DNA of 64,000 nt from an uncultured Eubacteriales bacterium (GCA_902792295.1 CADAZC010000001.1:290-64289); one strand, 5' to 3'; positions 1 through 10,360 are shown, counted from the first letter of the stretch. Notes: a model not told the origin generated them from the sequence alone. Numbers and translations: made by a program.

Positions 1-130
1 GCTTTACGCTGGGCTTTTCGTAATGCTCACGTCTGCGGACCTCCGCGAGGACGCCGCTGCGAGCGCACTTTCTCTTCCATCTCTTGAGAGCGCTTTCCAG
101 GGATTCGTTTTCACCGACTCTGATTTCCAT
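1..130 (-). CDS. rpsU: 30S ribosomal protein S21, first 43 codons (gene continues past window start)
   Basis: Reverse-strand ATG at 130 translates to [43 protein letters not shown], the S21 signature. It is not in the ORF track because no stop lies in the window. Confidence 0.85.
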   Translation of the reverse strand, partial: MEIRVGENESLESALKRWKRKCARSGVLAEVRRREHYEKPSVK

Positions 131-179
131 TTTTTTCCCTCCCCTCTTGAGCAACAACTTGTCTTTCGACGCTTTTGCT

Positions 180-209
180 ATTATACTCGCGGTTTTTGCT
201 TTTTGTCAA
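180..209 (-). promoter_or_regulatory. sigma-A-like promoter for rpsU
   Basis: On the minus strand, TTGACA (209-204), an 18-nt spacer, then TATAAT (185-180), about 50 nt upstream of the rpsU ATG. Confidence 0.5.
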
Positions 210-237
210 TCCCGAAATGTAAAATTTGCGGTTTTTT

Positions 238-266
238 TTGACAAGCAGCGATCCTTTCGGTATAAT
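238..266 (+). promoter_or_regulatory. sigma-A-like promoter for tdk
   Basis: Perfect TTGACA (238-243), 17-nt spacer, TATAAT (261-266). Divergent from the rpsU promoter. Confidence 0.6.
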
Positions 267-286
267 AATGCCAAAGGGGGATGGGT

Positions 287-877
287 ATGGCAAAGCTGTA
301 TTTTCGTTACGGAGCGATGGGCTCATCTAAGACCGCGAACGCGATCATGGTCAAGTACAACTACTGGGAACGCGGCAAAAACGCGATCCTCATCAAGCCG
401 TCGATCGACACACGCAACGGCAGCCGCCGTATCTGGTCGCGCTGCGGGCTCGAAGATACCTGCATCTCGATGGAAGAGCTCGACATGAACAAGGTCAAGG
501 CGGGCGTATACGACTGTCTGATCGTCGACGAGGCACAGTTTTTAACGAAGGATCAGGTGGAGCTTCTGGTGAAGATCGTCGACGATTACAACGTCCCGGT
601 CATCTGCTACGGGCTTCGCACCGATTTTCAGGGGAATTTCTTTGAGGGGAGCCATTGGCTTCTGGCCCGCGCGGACGCGATCGAGGAGGTCAAAACGATC
701 TGCTGGTGCGGCAGAAAGGCAACGAACAACGCCCGGCTGGACGGCAAGGGCGGCATCACGAAGGTCGGCGAACAGGTGGTTTTGGGCGCGAACGACAAGT
801 ACATCGGACTTTGCCGCAAGCACTTCAATCTCGGTGATCCGGGACCGGAACTCCGGACGCCCGACAAGCCCGAATAA
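287..877 (+). CDS. tdk: thymidine kinase
   Basis: MAKLYFRYGAMGSSKTA P-loop, VDEAQFL, C-terminal Zn-site CWCGRKA...LCRKH. ATG at 287 is preferred over 281 because of AAGGGGG RBS spacing. Confidence 0.9.
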   Translation: MAKLYFRYGAMGSSKTANAIMVKYNYWERGKNAILIKPSIDTRNGSRRIWSRCGLEDTCISMEELDMNKVKAGVYDCLIVDEAQFLTKDQVELLVKIVDDYNVPVICYGLRTDFQGNFFEGSHWLLARADAIEEVKTICWCGRKATNNARLDGKGGITKVGEQVVLGANDKYIGLCRKHFNLGDPGPELRTPDKPE

Positions 878-895
878 TGCGAAGGGAGTAAGGAT

Positions 896-1285
896 ATGGA
901 ACAGGCATTGCAGATTGTCCAGCATTATTTTGAACTCGTCATTGAATGGGCGGTCATTCTGTGCGACGTCATCGGCGTGGTGATGATCGTTCTGACCGCG
1001 ATCCGCGGCGTAATCGCCTGGATCCGCAAGAAACCCGAGGCGCGTCTGATCGCGGCGGAGGGCATCGCGATTGCGCTGACGTTCAAGATGGGCGGCGAGG
1101 TTCTGCGTACGGCGATCGTCCGTGAATGGCAGGAACTGTTGATCCTCGGCGCGATCGTTCTGCTTCGCGCGATCATGGCGTTCATCATTCACTTTGAGAT
1201 TCGCAGCGAGAGAAAGCTGCGCGGCGATCTGCCGGAGAAGGACGGGACGGAGTCCAAAAAGAAAATCGTGATTTCCAGGCAATGA
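896..1285 (+). CDS. small membrane protein, DUF1622-like
   Basis: 129 aa with hydrophobic helices and a pattern recalled for DUF1622. RBS GGGAGTAAGGA lies upstream. Confidence 0.55.
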   Translation: MEQALQIVQHYFELVIEWAVILCDVIGVVMIVLTAIRGVIAWIRKKPEARLIAAEGIAIALTFKMGGEVLRTAIVREWQELLILGAIVLLRAIMAFIIHFEIRSERKLRGDLPEKDGTESKKKIVISRQ

Positions 1286-1345
1286 ACCATCGCCCCGGTT
1301 TCGGGGCTTTTCCATTATCGGGCGGATCAGAAAACGGAGTGTTAT

Positions 1346-1606
1346 ATGGGAAGAACGGTAAAGATTACGGTCACGGAGAGCAGATGCCGATCCGGGTTCC
1401 ACACAAAAGGACAGGAATTCATCGTTGATGCGGATCGGACGGTCTGCCCGCCGATGTGCATGGAGCTGTGGCATTATGCCTATCCGTATGTCTGGGCGCT
1501 TTTGAATGGCGCGGAGGATGACAAAGCCGACGGCGGCACGGGAAAGGGAACGACGGTCGTCTGCCCCGACGAGGGCAGGGTGCGTCTGCACATTGAGACG
1601 ATGTAG
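1346..1606 (+). CDS. TIGR04076-like small Cys-containing protein
   Basis: 86 aa; VKITVTESRC...CPPMCMELWH...VVCPD resembles the TIGR04076 family. Confidence 0.55.
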   Translation: MGRTVKITVTESRCRSGFHTKGQEFIVDADRTVCPPMCMELWHYAYPYVWALLNGAEDDKADGGTGKGTTVVCPDEGRVRLHIETM

Positions 1607-1614
1607 GAGCTTAT

Positions 1615-2517
1615 ATGGAAAACGAGAAAGAAAAGAGCGTTTCACCGGGCGGAATCAACTGGTACCCCGGGCACATGGCGAAAGCCAAAAGGATGCTCGA
1701 GGACAATCTGAAGCTCATCGACGTGGTTGTGGAGCTGGTCGACGCGCGCGCGCCGCTTGCGTCGAGAAATCCGGATTTCGACCGGCTGTTTTCCGGCAAA
1801 TCGCGCGTTCTTTTGCTGAATAAGAGCGATCTCGCGGACCCCGCAACCAACAAGCGCTGGATCGGGTATTATAAACAACAGGGCATTGAGGCGGCGGGCG
1901 TCACGGCAAGCGCGCAGAACGCAAAGACGCAGGCGATCCGCCTGATCGAACGCGCGACGGCGGAACAGGTGAAGCGGCTGGAGGAAAAGGGCGTGAAAAA
2001 GACCGTCCGCGCGCTGATCGCGGGGATCCCGAACGTCGGCAAATCCACGCTGATCAACCGCATCGCGGGTGAAAAACGCGCGCAGACGGGCGATAAGCCG
2101 GGCGTCACAAAGGGCAAGCAGTGGGTGAAGATCACGCCGCATCTGGAGCTTTTGGACTCACCGGGGCTTTTGTGGCCGAAGCTCGGCGACGAAACGCTTG
2201 CCGAGCATCTGGCGTTTCTGGGCTCGATCAACGACGAGATTCTGAACATCGAGGAGCTTGCAGAGCATCTTCTTTCCGCATTGCGGACGCTTGCGCCGGA
2301 CGCGCTCTTTGAACGCTATAAAAAACTGGACGCCGAAACGCCGGAGGGCGAGCTTTTGAAGGCGGTTGCAAAGAGCCGCGGGTTTATTCTGAAAGGCGGC
2401 GTATACGATACCGAGCGCGCGGCGCGGATCGTGCTGGACGAGTTCCGCGCGGGCAGGATCGCAAAGGTAACTCTGGAACAGCCGCCGAAGGAGGAAGACG
2501 ATGGCGAAGCGGAATGA
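1615..2517 (+). CDS. rbgA: ribosome biogenesis GTPase A (YlqF/RbgA)
   Basis: INWYPGHMAKAKR, circularly permuted GTPase motifs LNKSDL and GIPNVGKSTLINRI. Confidence 0.9.
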   Translation: MENEKEKSVSPGGINWYPGHMAKAKRMLEDNLKLIDVVVELVDARAPLASRNPDFDRLFSGKSRVLLLNKSDLADPATNKRWIGYYKQQGIEAAGVTASAQNAKTQAIRLIERATAEQVKRLEEKGVKKTVRALIAGIPNVGKSTLINRIAGEKRAQTGDKPGVTKGKQWVKITPHLELLDSPGLLWPKLGDETLAEHLAFLGSINDEILNIEELAEHLLSALRTLAPDALFERYKKLDAETPEGELLKAVAKSRGFILKGGVYDTERAARIVLDEFRAGRIAKVTLEQPPKEEDDGEAE

Positions 2518-3127
2518 GGCGGAGCGGCTTTTGACGCTGTCCGAACGCGATCGCGCGTTCTGGACACAGGACGGTGTAATTCTTGCGGGCATGGACGAAG
2601 TCGGGCGCGGACCGCTTGCCGGTCCGGTCGTCGTCTGCTGCATCGTGATGCCGCCGGAGCCGCTTTTGGAATACGTCAACGACTCGAAAAAGGTTTCCGA
2701 GGCGCGGCGGGAGGCGCTGTACGACCGGATCCTGAACACCTGCGTCGAGGCGCAGACCGCGTGGGTGGATCAGACCGTGATCGACGAGATCAATATTCTG
2801 GAGGCGACGAAGCGCGCGTTCAACGAGGCGTTTCAAAAGATGAAAACGCCGGTCACGGACGTGCTGATCGACGCGCTGACGGGATTGAAGATCCCGGCGC
2901 GGCAGCATGCGCTGATCCACGGCGACGCGCTGAGCTATTCGATCGCGGCGGCTTCGATCGTCGCAAAGGTGGAACGTGACCGCTACATGCGCGAGCAGGA
3001 TCGGCTCTACCCGATGTACGGGTTTGCGCAGAACAAGGGCTACGGAACCAAACAGCATACGGACGCGATCAAAGAATTCGGTCCGTGTCCGCTGCACCGG
3101 CGCTCGTTCCTCAAAAACCTGCTATGA
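2501..3127 (+). CDS. rnhB: ribonuclease HII
   Basis: GMDEVGRGPLAGPVV catalytic motif and DSKK; 208 aa; 17-nt overlap with rbgA. Confidence 0.9.
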   Translation: MAKRNEAERLLTLSERDRAFWTQDGVILAGMDEVGRGPLAGPVVVCCIVMPPEPLLEYVNDSKKVSEARREALYDRILNTCVEAQTAWVDQTVIDEINILEATKRAFNEAFQKMKTPVTDVLIDALTGLKIPARQHALIHGDALSYSIAAASIVAKVERDRYMREQDRLYPMYGFAQNKGYGTKQHTDAIKEFGPCPLHRRSFLKNLL

Positions 3128-3474
3128 ATACGGCGGAAACGGGAGAATCGGGCGAACGCCTTGCCGCGCGGTATCTGAAGCGGAACGGGTATCGGATCCT
3201 GGAGCGGAACTATCGCGCGCACCGGCATGAGATCGACGTGATCGCGCGGGAGAAGCGCACCGGCACGGTCGTGTTCGCGGAGGTCAAGACGCGCACGCCG
3301 GGAAGCTACGGGCGACCCGCGGACGCGGTCGACGCAGACAAGCGGCGTTTTCTGCGGCTCGCCGCCGAAAGCTGGCTGCTCCATAACGGCGGACCGGAGC
3401 AGCCCGCGCGGTTTGACGTGATCGAGGTGTTTCTCCCCGAAAAACGCGTCAATCATCTGATCAACGCATTCTGA
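3124..3474 (+). CDS. yraN: YraN family (UPF0102) endonuclease-like protein
   Basis: GERLAARYLKRNGYRILERNYR...HEIDVIA...VFAEVKTR. ATGA overlap with the rnhB stop favours a start at 3124. Confidence 0.8.
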   Translation: MNTAETGESGERLAARYLKRNGYRILERNYRAHRHEIDVIAREKRTGTVVFAEVKTRTPGSYGRPADAVDADKRRFLRLAAESWLLHNGGPEQPARFDVIEVFLPEKRVNHLINAF

Positions 3475-3539
3475 CGGTTGCCCGGAAAGGGCTTCCGTGA
3501 TATACTTTCCGATAACACGGAGATCGGAGGATCGGTATT

Positions 3540-6065
3540 TTGCAAAAGTTTCATCGGATTTGGACCGTCGTACTGGCGATGCTGCTGCTCGCCGGGCTTT
3601 TTGCCTGCGGTCGGTCCGGATCCGCTTCCGGCGCAAACGCCGAAGCGCTCGATTTTGAATTGACGGCGGACGGGATTCCTGCCGGCTGGTACATGAACTC
3701 CTATGAGGGCGGGTACCGGATCCTGACGGAAAACGGCGTGTTCGGCTTTGCCGCGCAGAAAAAGGACGACTGCCGTCTGTGCCGCACGATCGACGTCGCG
3801 GCGGGCACGCACTATGTGCTCTCCGCCGAGGTCCGCACCGAAAACGTGCAGTCCGGGCAGGGCGCAACGCTTTCGATCGACAATTTCGCCGTCGACGGCA
3901 GCTACGTTTATTCCGACGCGCTGTTCGGCACCAATGACTGGACGACGGTCGTGCTGGCGTTCCGCACCGCAGGCTCGCAGGAAGCGGTGACGCTGGCGCT
4001 GCGGCTCGGCGGGTACTCCGCGGAATCGAGCGGCAGCGTGTGGTTTCGAAACGTCCGTCTCGAAGCCACCGACAATGCGCCGGTCGCGTTCAAAAACCTG
4101 CTGCCCGACGAGCCGTCGGAAAACGGCGCGGAACGGACGGCGGAGGATTACGGGAACGTCTTTACGGTCATCTTCTGGGCGGGCGCGATCGCCGCGATCG
4201 TGCTGCTGTCCGGCGTTTTTCCGAAGGGAAAGCGGATCGCGTTCTCGACGGAACCGCTGAAGCAGAAATATCTTTGGTTCGTTCTGCTCGTCGGGATCGG
4301 ACTCGTCGTGCGGTTCGTGCTCTGCGCAAAGCTCAAGGGGCATGCGACCGACATGCTCTGCTGGCAGGGCTGGGGATACCGCGTTGCCGAGGGCGGCACG
4401 CGCGCGTTCTATGTGGACAACTGGTGCGACTATCCGCCGGGATACATGCTTGTGTGCGCGGTGCTGTACCGCATCGCGTCGCTGTTCCCGGAGGGACCGT
4501 TCCGTCTGTTCGTATATATGGTCCCGGCGTTTCTGTGCGACGTGCTTTCGGGATGGCTGATCATAAACCGTGCAAAGCGGTTCAACCTCGGTGACAGACC
4601 CGCGCTGCTGCTTGCGGGGCTGATCGTTCTGAATCCCGCCGCGGTCTATCTTTCCGGCGCGTGGGGGCAGATCGACTCGATCCTTACCGTGCTTCTTCTG
4701 GGTGCGTTCCTGCTTTTGAATATGAGCCGCGAAAAGCCGTATTACCGGCTGTTTGCGGGGCTTCTGTACGGCGTTGCGATCCTGATGAAATGGCAGGCGC
4801 TGATCTTCGGACCGGTGCTTGTGCTGATGTATCTTATGACCGGCGCGGATCAGCTCGGCACGAAACGCTTTGCGGGACACGTGCTGTGGTCGTTTGCCGC
4901 GATGTTCGGCGCGCTCGGCGTGCTTGCGCTCGGTTCCCTTCTGTTCCGCGGCGAGGGCATGAGCTTCTTCTGGATGGTTGAGCGCTTCCGGAGCGCATCC
5001 GGCGGATACGATTACGCGTCGATCGAGGCGTACAACTTCTTTGCGCTGTTCGGCGGCAACTGGGCGGCCGCGGGGAACGCGCTGTTCGGCGGCGCGAACC
5101 CGGGCGAAATGCTGCTGCGGACCAACGAGCTGTTCTCGAAGACGGCGCTGGTCATCGGGTTCCCGGTGCTGATCGTTCGCGCGTGGAACGAAATGCGCGA
5201 ACGCAAAGAGGGCGAGCCGAACCGCGCGTTCTTTGAGTTTGTTTCCGCAGCCGTCATCACGGGGCTTCTGATGCTGATCGCGTTCGTTGCAAAGAGCGCC
5301 ACGGCGGATATGATCGGTGCAAACGGCGTGCTCAGAGCGCTTGCGCCGTTCCCGCTGCACGGACTTCTGATGCTCGTTCTGTTCGGGTATATCGCGCATC
5401 GCGAGCGCGGAGAAAAGGGGCTTTTTGACTGGATCAAAGCGGGCGGCGCAACGGTCGTCGGCGTGCTGACGCTGCTTGCTTCGCTGTGCGTGTTCCTGAT
5501 CACATATCTTCTGGGCGCGTTTATCCGGATGTTCGGCGGCACGCTGACGTGGCATACCGCCGGTGTGATCGGGATCGTTGCGGCGGGGGTCCTCACGATT
5601 GCGCTGTTCTTCCTCTACTGGTTCAAACAGAAGCGGGCACGGTATTCGCTGTACGTGAACCGCGGTCTGATCTTCCTGCTTGCCGCATGCTTCTGCGTAT
5701 GGGTGTTTACGTTCGGGCATTACATGCACGAGCGCTACATCTTCCCGGCGCTGTTCCTGCTGATCTTTGCTTATGCGTACGACCGCGATCCCGGAAAGCT
5801 CGCGGCGGTCTGCATGCTTTCGGTCACGACGTTTATGAACGAAATGATGGCGATGTTCGTCGTTTCCGACGGCGCGAAGGACCTGATCCGCGGCGGCGCG
5901 ATTCACAATCAGCTGATCGCGGTGATCTCGCTGCTCGAATTCTGCGCAGCGATGTATCTGACCGCCGTCGTGTTCCGGAAGGCGCTGGCATTTGATCCGT
6001 CCGATCCGACGGGCGTCGAAGCGGAGGAAAAACCGCTTCGCAAGAAGAACGGCGGAAGGAGGTGA
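3540..6065 (+). CDS. polytopic GT-C-type glycosyltransferase-like membrane protein with lipoprotein-type signal and CBM4/9-like N-terminal module
   Basis: TTG start 9 nt after GGAGG. Lipobox-like LFAC. About 160-aa beta-sandwich-like module (GTNDWTTVVLAF...VWFRNVRLE). Then many TM helices with CDYPPGYML, a Gpi18/ArnT-type loop motif. Confidence 0.6.
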   Translation: MQKFHRIWTVVLAMLLLAGLFACGRSGSASGANAEALDFELTADGIPAGWYMNSYEGGYRILTENGVFGFAAQKKDDCRLCRTIDVAAGTHYVLSAEVRTENVQSGQGATLSIDNFAVDGSYVYSDALFGTNDWTTVVLAFRTAGSQEAVTLALRLGGYSAESSGSVWFRNVRLEATDNAPVAFKNLLPDEPSENGAERTAEDYGNVFTVIFWAGAIAAIVLLSGVFPKGKRIAFSTEPLKQKYLWFVLLVGIGLVVRFVLCAKLKGHATDMLCWQGWGYRVAEGGTRAFYVDNWCDYPPGYMLVCAVLYRIASLFPEGPFRLFVYMVPAFLCDVLSGWLIINRAKRFNLGDRPALLLAGLIVLNPAAVYLSGAWGQIDSILTVLLLGAFLLLNMSREKPYYRLFAGLLYGVAILMKWQALIFGPVLVLMYLMTGADQLGTKRFAGHVLWSFAAMFGALGVLALGSLLFRGEGMSFFWMVERFRSASGGYDYASIEAYNFFALFGGNWAAAGNALFGGANPGEMLLRTNELFSKTALVIGFPVLIVRAWNEMRERKEGEPNRAFFEFVSAAVITGLLMLIAFVAKSATADMIGANGVLRALAPFPLHGLLMLVLFGYIAHRERGEKGLFDWIKAGGATVVGVLTLLASLCVFLITYLLGAFIRMFGGTLTWHTAGVIGIVAAGVLTIALFFLYWFKQKRARYSLYVNRGLIFLLAACFCVWVFTFGHYMHERYIFPALFLLIFAYAYDRDPGKLAAVCMLSVTTFMNEMMAMFVVSDGAKDLIRGGAIHNQLIAVISLLEFCAAMYLTAVVFRKALAFDPSDPTGVEAEEKPLRKKNGGRR

Positions 6066-8215
6066 ACGGCATGGATTTTAAGAAATTCCGCAAGGAGATC
6101 GGCGTCGAGGACGGACGCCGCATGACGAAGCACGATTATCTCGTGCTGCTTCTGCTGCTTGCCGTTTACTCCGTCGTCGCTTTTCTGAACCTCGGTTCGC
6201 TGCGTTCCCCGCAGACCGTCTGGACGGCGGAGGAAGGAACGACCGTGATCGTCGATCTCGGCGAGGCGCGGGACGTCACGGAGATCCGGTTTTTCGGCAG
6301 CATCGCCGAAGGCGATCTCGAACTGTATGACGAGAGCGCGTTCGTTGACGGCTATTTTACGCCCGGCGAGACCGATCCGCTTTCGACCTTCACGCAGGAC
6401 TACGGCGACATGTATAAGTGGAAGGAGCAGGAGTTTGCGTCCTTCACGCGCTACCTGATCCTGTACGTGTCGAACGGTACGGTTTCAATGAACGAAATGG
6501 CGGTGCTGGACGGTGATACGCTGCTTCCCGCAGTCGTGTATCAGCCGGTGAACGGTGCGGAAAAGCTCCTGGACGAACAGGACAAGATCGCTCTGGACCA
6601 TTCGTATCTCAACGAAATGTATTTCGACGAGATCTATCATGCCCGCACCGCCTACGAGATCGTGAAAAACGACGATCTGTTCCTTTCCGGCGGATCGGAA
6701 GCGGCGATGCGCGACGGATATGCGATCTATGAATGGACGCATCCGTCTCTGGGCAAGGTATTCATCGCAGCGGGCGTCCGCATCTTCGGCATGACGCCGT
6801 TCGGCTGGCGGTTCTCGGGCACGTTTTTCGGCGTGCTGATCCTTGCGGTGCTTTATGTGTTCGCAAAGCGCATCTTCCGCCGCACGGATTACGCGTTCGT
6901 CACGGCGGGGCTGTTCGCCGTCGACTGCATGCACTTTGCGCAGACGCGCATCGCAACGATCGACACCTACGCGCTGTTCTTCACGCTTCTGATGTTCCTG
7001 TTTATGGGCGATTATATCGCGGAGGACTTTGAAAAGCGTCCGTATTGGAAGAAGCTCGCGCTGCTGTGTCTGTCCGGCGTGATGTTCGGGCTCGGCGCGT
7101 CGTCGAAATGGACGTGTCTGTATTCCGGCGTCGGGCTTGCGGTGCTGTACTTCGGCGATCTGTTCTATAATCTCGTGCGGATGCTCGTAAAGCGGCATCA
7201 GCAGCCGAAGGAGGAACGCAGAAAGCTGCCGGTCAACGTGCTTGCATACGCGCCGGTGCTGTTTGTGTTCGCCGTGATCGCGCTGCATCTTTCGGGACGC
7301 TGGATCAAGCTGAGCAGCTACCGGCATCTTGTGTGGAACGGGACGGCGCAGGTCATGCGCACGGACGCGTCCTACGGCGTCGATACGATCAACAAGGTCC
7401 TGCTTGCGCCGTGGTTCTACGGCACGCTGCTGATTCTCACGGGCGTTGCGATCGCCTCGGCGGTCGTGTTCCGGCTGGCGTATAAAAAGCGCGGGGACGT
7501 CGATCTGAACCTCAACAATCTGTTGATGACGCCGGTCTGGTGCTGCCTGTTCTTCATTCTGATCCCGGTCGCGCTGTATGTGATCGCCAACTACTGCTAC
7601 TACATCACCGACGGCTGCAAAACGCTGTCCGCGGCGCTCGAAACGCTGTGGCGGAAACAGATCAGCATGTATACCTACCATGCGGACCTGACCGCGACGC
7701 ATATGTGCCAGTCGATGTGGTACCAGTGGCCGCTCATGCAGAAATCGGTGTGGTTCTATTCCGGCTATCCGACGGTCGGGGACGTCCGGCTTTTGTCGAA
7801 CATCTCCAGCACGGGCAATCCCGCGGTGTGGTACGTTTCGGCGTTCGGCGCGGTGCTCGCTCTGGTCGAGTGGTTCAAAAATCCGGCGTGCAGAAAGGAC
7901 CGCGCGTTCATCGTCGTCACGGTCGGCATCCTTGCGGGGCTTTTGCCGTGGGCGCTCGTTACGCGGTGCGTGTTCCTGTATCATTATTTCTCCACGATCC
8001 CGTTCATGCTGCTGATGACGGTCCTGCTCCTTTTCTACGTCGAAAAGAAGCATCCGCGCACGGCGTGGTTCAAGTGGGCGTGGCTCATCGCCGCCGCGGT
8101 CATATTCTTCCTGATGCTGCCGGCGGTCTCCGGCATTCCGGTGCCGTACGGCTACGCGAAATTCATCGAGAACGTGCTTGCACCGTTCGGAAAGGTCTAT
8201 TATGTCGGTGTCTGA
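6062..8215 (+). CDS. PMT/GT39-family phospholipid-carrier-dependent glycosyltransferase with discoidin-like insert
   Basis: YFDEIYHARTAYE (PMT loop-1 DE motif) and more than 10 TM helices. After TM1 there is a segment TVIVDLGEARDVTEIRFFG...YLILYV resembling an F5/8-type-C module. GTG start at 6062 overlaps the upstream stop; ATG at 6071 is an alternative. Confidence 0.75.
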   Translation: MNGMDFKKFRKEIGVEDGRRMTKHDYLVLLLLLAVYSVVAFLNLGSLRSPQTVWTAEEGTTVIVDLGEARDVTEIRFFGSIAEGDLELYDESAFVDGYFTPGETDPLSTFTQDYGDMYKWKEQEFASFTRYLILYVSNGTVSMNEMAVLDGDTLLPAVVYQPVNGAEKLLDEQDKIALDHSYLNEMYFDEIYHARTAYEIVKNDDLFLSGGSEAAMRDGYAIYEWTHPSLGKVFIAAGVRIFGMTPFGWRFSGTFFGVLILAVLYVFAKRIFRRTDYAFVTAGLFAVDCMHFAQTRIATIDTYALFFTLLMFLFMGDYIAEDFEKRPYWKKLALLCLSGVMFGLGASSKWTCLYSGVGLAVLYFGDLFYNLVRMLVKRHQQPKEERRKLPVNVLAYAPVLFVFAVIALHLSGRWIKLSSYRHLVWNGTAQVMRTDASYGVDTINKVLLAPWFYGTLLILTGVAIASAVVFRLAYKKRGDVDLNLNNLLMTPVWCCLFFILIPVALYVIANYCYYITDGCKTLSAALETLWRKQISMYTYHADLTATHMCQSMWYQWPLMQKSVWFYSGYPTVGDVRLLSNISSTGNPAVWYVSAFGAVLALVEWFKNPACRKDRAFIVVTVGILAGLLPWALVTRCVFLYHYFSTIPFMLLMTVLLLFYVEKKHPRTAWFKWAWLIAAAVIFFLMLPAVSGIPVPYGYAKFIENVLAPFGKVYYVGV

Positions 8216-8684
8216 AGGCAAAAAAAGCATTGTTCAGCTTCTGAAATTCGTGCTGATCGGCGCGTCGAATACGATCCTCGATCTTCTTGTGACGTTCGCG
8301 CTGAATGCGATCTTCGGCATCTACTACCTTGCCAAGATCATCGGCTACGCCTGCGGCATTGCGAACAGCTATTTCTGGAATTCGCGCTGGACGTTCCGCG
8401 AGGAGCGCAAAAGAGACGCGCGCGAGATCGTTACGTTCATCGCGGTCAACCTTGTGACGCTCGGACTTTCGCTGCTTTTGCAATGGGTATTTCGCGACAA
8501 GCTGCATCTCGATGCATGGTGGACGGGCTTTGCGGGCGAAAACTTCCTGACGAAGATTCTGAACGGCGATCGCTTCTGTCTGCTGCTCGCGTCCGGCATT
8601 GCGCTGCTGGTGAATTTTGCGGGCAATAAGCTGCTGGTATTCAAAAAACGCGAAACGGAACCGATCGAACAGACGGAGGAATGA
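8202..8684 (+). CDS. GtrA family membrane protein
   Basis: [16 protein letters not shown]...[13 protein letters not shown] with 4 TM helices, typical of GtrA. The start at 8202 overlaps the end of the PMT gene. Confidence 0.8.
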   Translation: MSVSEGKKSIVQLLKFVLIGASNTILDLLVTFALNAIFGIYYLAKIIGYACGIANSYFWNSRWTFREERKRDAREIVTFIAVNLVTLGLSLLLQWVFRDKLHLDAWWTGFAGENFLTKILNGDRFCLLLASGIALLVNFAGNKLLVFKKRETEPIEQTEE

Positions 8685-10213
8685 GCATGCTTGCAAAGGT
8701 GGAAAGCTACGGACTTCTGGGTCTGAACGGCTACCCGGTTACGGTCGAAACGGATATCACGGCGGGACTGCCGAACTACGATACGGTGGGGCTTCCCGAC
8801 GCGGCGGTCAAGGAATCGCGCGAGCGCGTGCAGGCGGCGATCCGGCATTCGGGATTCGCCTTTCCGACCGCGCGCATCACGGTCAATCTGGCGCCTGCCG
8901 ACCTCAAAAAGGAGGGTTCCGTCTACGATCTGCCGATCGCGCTTTCGATCCTGATCGCAAGCGGCTGCTTGAAACCCGTTCCGCACGGCGCGATCGTGCT
9001 CGGCGAACTCGCGCTCGACGGAGCCGTGCGCCCGATCTCCGGCATTCTGCCGATGCTGATCGACGCGTACCATAAGGGTTACTCGATCTTCTTTGTGCCG
9101 AAGGACAATGCGGCGGAGGCGGCGTACATCCGCGGGGCAAGGGTGTTTCCGGTGGAGAGCTTGTCCGCAATCGCAGCGCATCTGCGCGGCGAAGCGGCGA
9201 TCGCGCCCGCGGACGCAAAGCCGTTTACGGGCGGCACGCATAAAAACGCCGTCGACTTTTCCGAGATCCGCGGGCAGACCGCGGCAAAGCGCGCGGCGGA
9301 GATCGCGGTGGCGGGCAACCACAACATTCTGCTGTGCGGCACGCCCGGCAGCGGCAAAACCATGCTCGCCCGCGCCATTCCGTCGATTTTGCCGGACATG
9401 ACGTTTGAGGAAGCGCTGGAGACCACGAAGATCCATTCGGTCACCGGCGCCATGAAGGGCACCGAGGGGCTGATCACCGAGCGTCCGTTCCGTTCGCCGC
9501 ATCACGGCGCCAGCGCGGCATCCCTGATCGGGGGCGGCGGTTCGCGCATTCTGCCCGGCGAGATCAGTCTTGCGCACAACGGCGTGCTGTTTCTGGACGA
9601 GCTGCCGGAGTTTCACCGCGACGTTCTGGAAGCGCTCCGTCAGCCGCTGGAGGACGGGGAGGTCACCGTGAGCCGCGCGGCGGCGCGGGCGACGTATCCC
9701 GCGAAGTTTCTGCTGGTTGCGGCGATGAATCCGTGTCCGTGCGGCAACCGCGGTTCACGCACGAAGCCGTGCACCTGCACCGCAGCGCAGATCAAACGCT
9801 ATGCGGGACGCATCAGCGGTCCGCTTCTGGACCGCATCGACCTGCACATCGAGATGACCGAGGTGGGGTACCGCGAGATCACTGAGCGGAAACCCGCGGA
9901 ACGCTCCGAAACCGTGCGTGCGCGCGTGACGGCGGCAAGGGCGATCCAGCGCGAGCGGTTCAAAAACGCCGGCATCCGGACCAACGCCGAAATGAACGGC
10001 GAACTGATCCGGAGGTTCTGCAACCCGACCGGGGAATCCGAAAAGCTCCTGCACGACGCGTTCAAACGGCTGCAGCTTTCGGCGCGCGCATACCAGCGGG
10101 TTCTCAAGGTCGCGCGGACGATCGCGGACCTTGAAAACAGCGAAACGATCCGCCCCGAGCACTACGCCGAGGCGATCCAGTACCGCAGCATGACGATGCT
10201 TTCCGACCTGTAA
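8681..10213 (+). CDS. comM: YifB/ComM family Mg-chelatase-like AAA+ ATPase
   Basis: N-terminal Lon-protease-like domain, Walker [22 protein letters not shown]; 510 aa. ATGA overlap with gtrA. Confidence 0.9.
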   Translation: MSMLAKVESYGLLGLNGYPVTVETDITAGLPNYDTVGLPDAAVKESRERVQAAIRHSGFAFPTARITVNLAPADLKKEGSVYDLPIALSILIASGCLKPVPHGAIVLGELALDGAVRPISGILPMLIDAYHKGYSIFFVPKDNAAEAAYIRGARVFPVESLSAIAAHLRGEAAIAPADAKPFTGGTHKNAVDFSEIRGQTAAKRAAEIAVAGNHNILLCGTPGSGKTMLARAIPSILPDMTFEEALETTKIHSVTGAMKGTEGLITERPFRSPHHGASAASLIGGGGSRILPGEISLAHNGVLFLDELPEFHRDVLEALRQPLEDGEVTVSRAAARATYPAKFLLVAAMNPCPCGNRGSRTKPCTCTAAQIKRYAGRISGPLLDRIDLHIEMTEVGYREITERKPAERSETVRARVTAARAIQRERFKNAGIRTNAEMNGELIRRFCNPTGESEKLLHDAFKRLQLSARAYQRVLKVARTIADLENSETIRPEHYAEAIQYRSMTMLSDL

Positions 10214-10230
10214 ATCGACAGATTTTGACG

Positions 10231-10260
10231 CCGCACGGGGTTTCCGTGCGGTTTTTGTTT
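10231..10260 (+). terminator. intrinsic terminator after comM
   Basis: CCGCACG / CGTGCGG stem followed by TTTTTGTTT. Confidence 0.7.
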
Positions 10261-10360
10261 CGGAATTGTCACATTTGCATATATAAATAGGATTGAAATC
10301 CGTAAAAGTTCATGCTATGATATGTTCCGAAGTATTTTCGAAAGGGGAGACGGTGCGCCG

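Noticed and set aside
3453-5906. 817-aa minus-strand ORF antisense to the first GT-C gene.
   Set aside because: It is Arg/His/Asp/Gln-rich low-complexity sequence with no motifs or RBS. The plus-strand frame has a lipobox, a CBM-like module and coherent TM helices. Long antisense ORFs are expected in high-GC DNA because stop codons are AT-rich.
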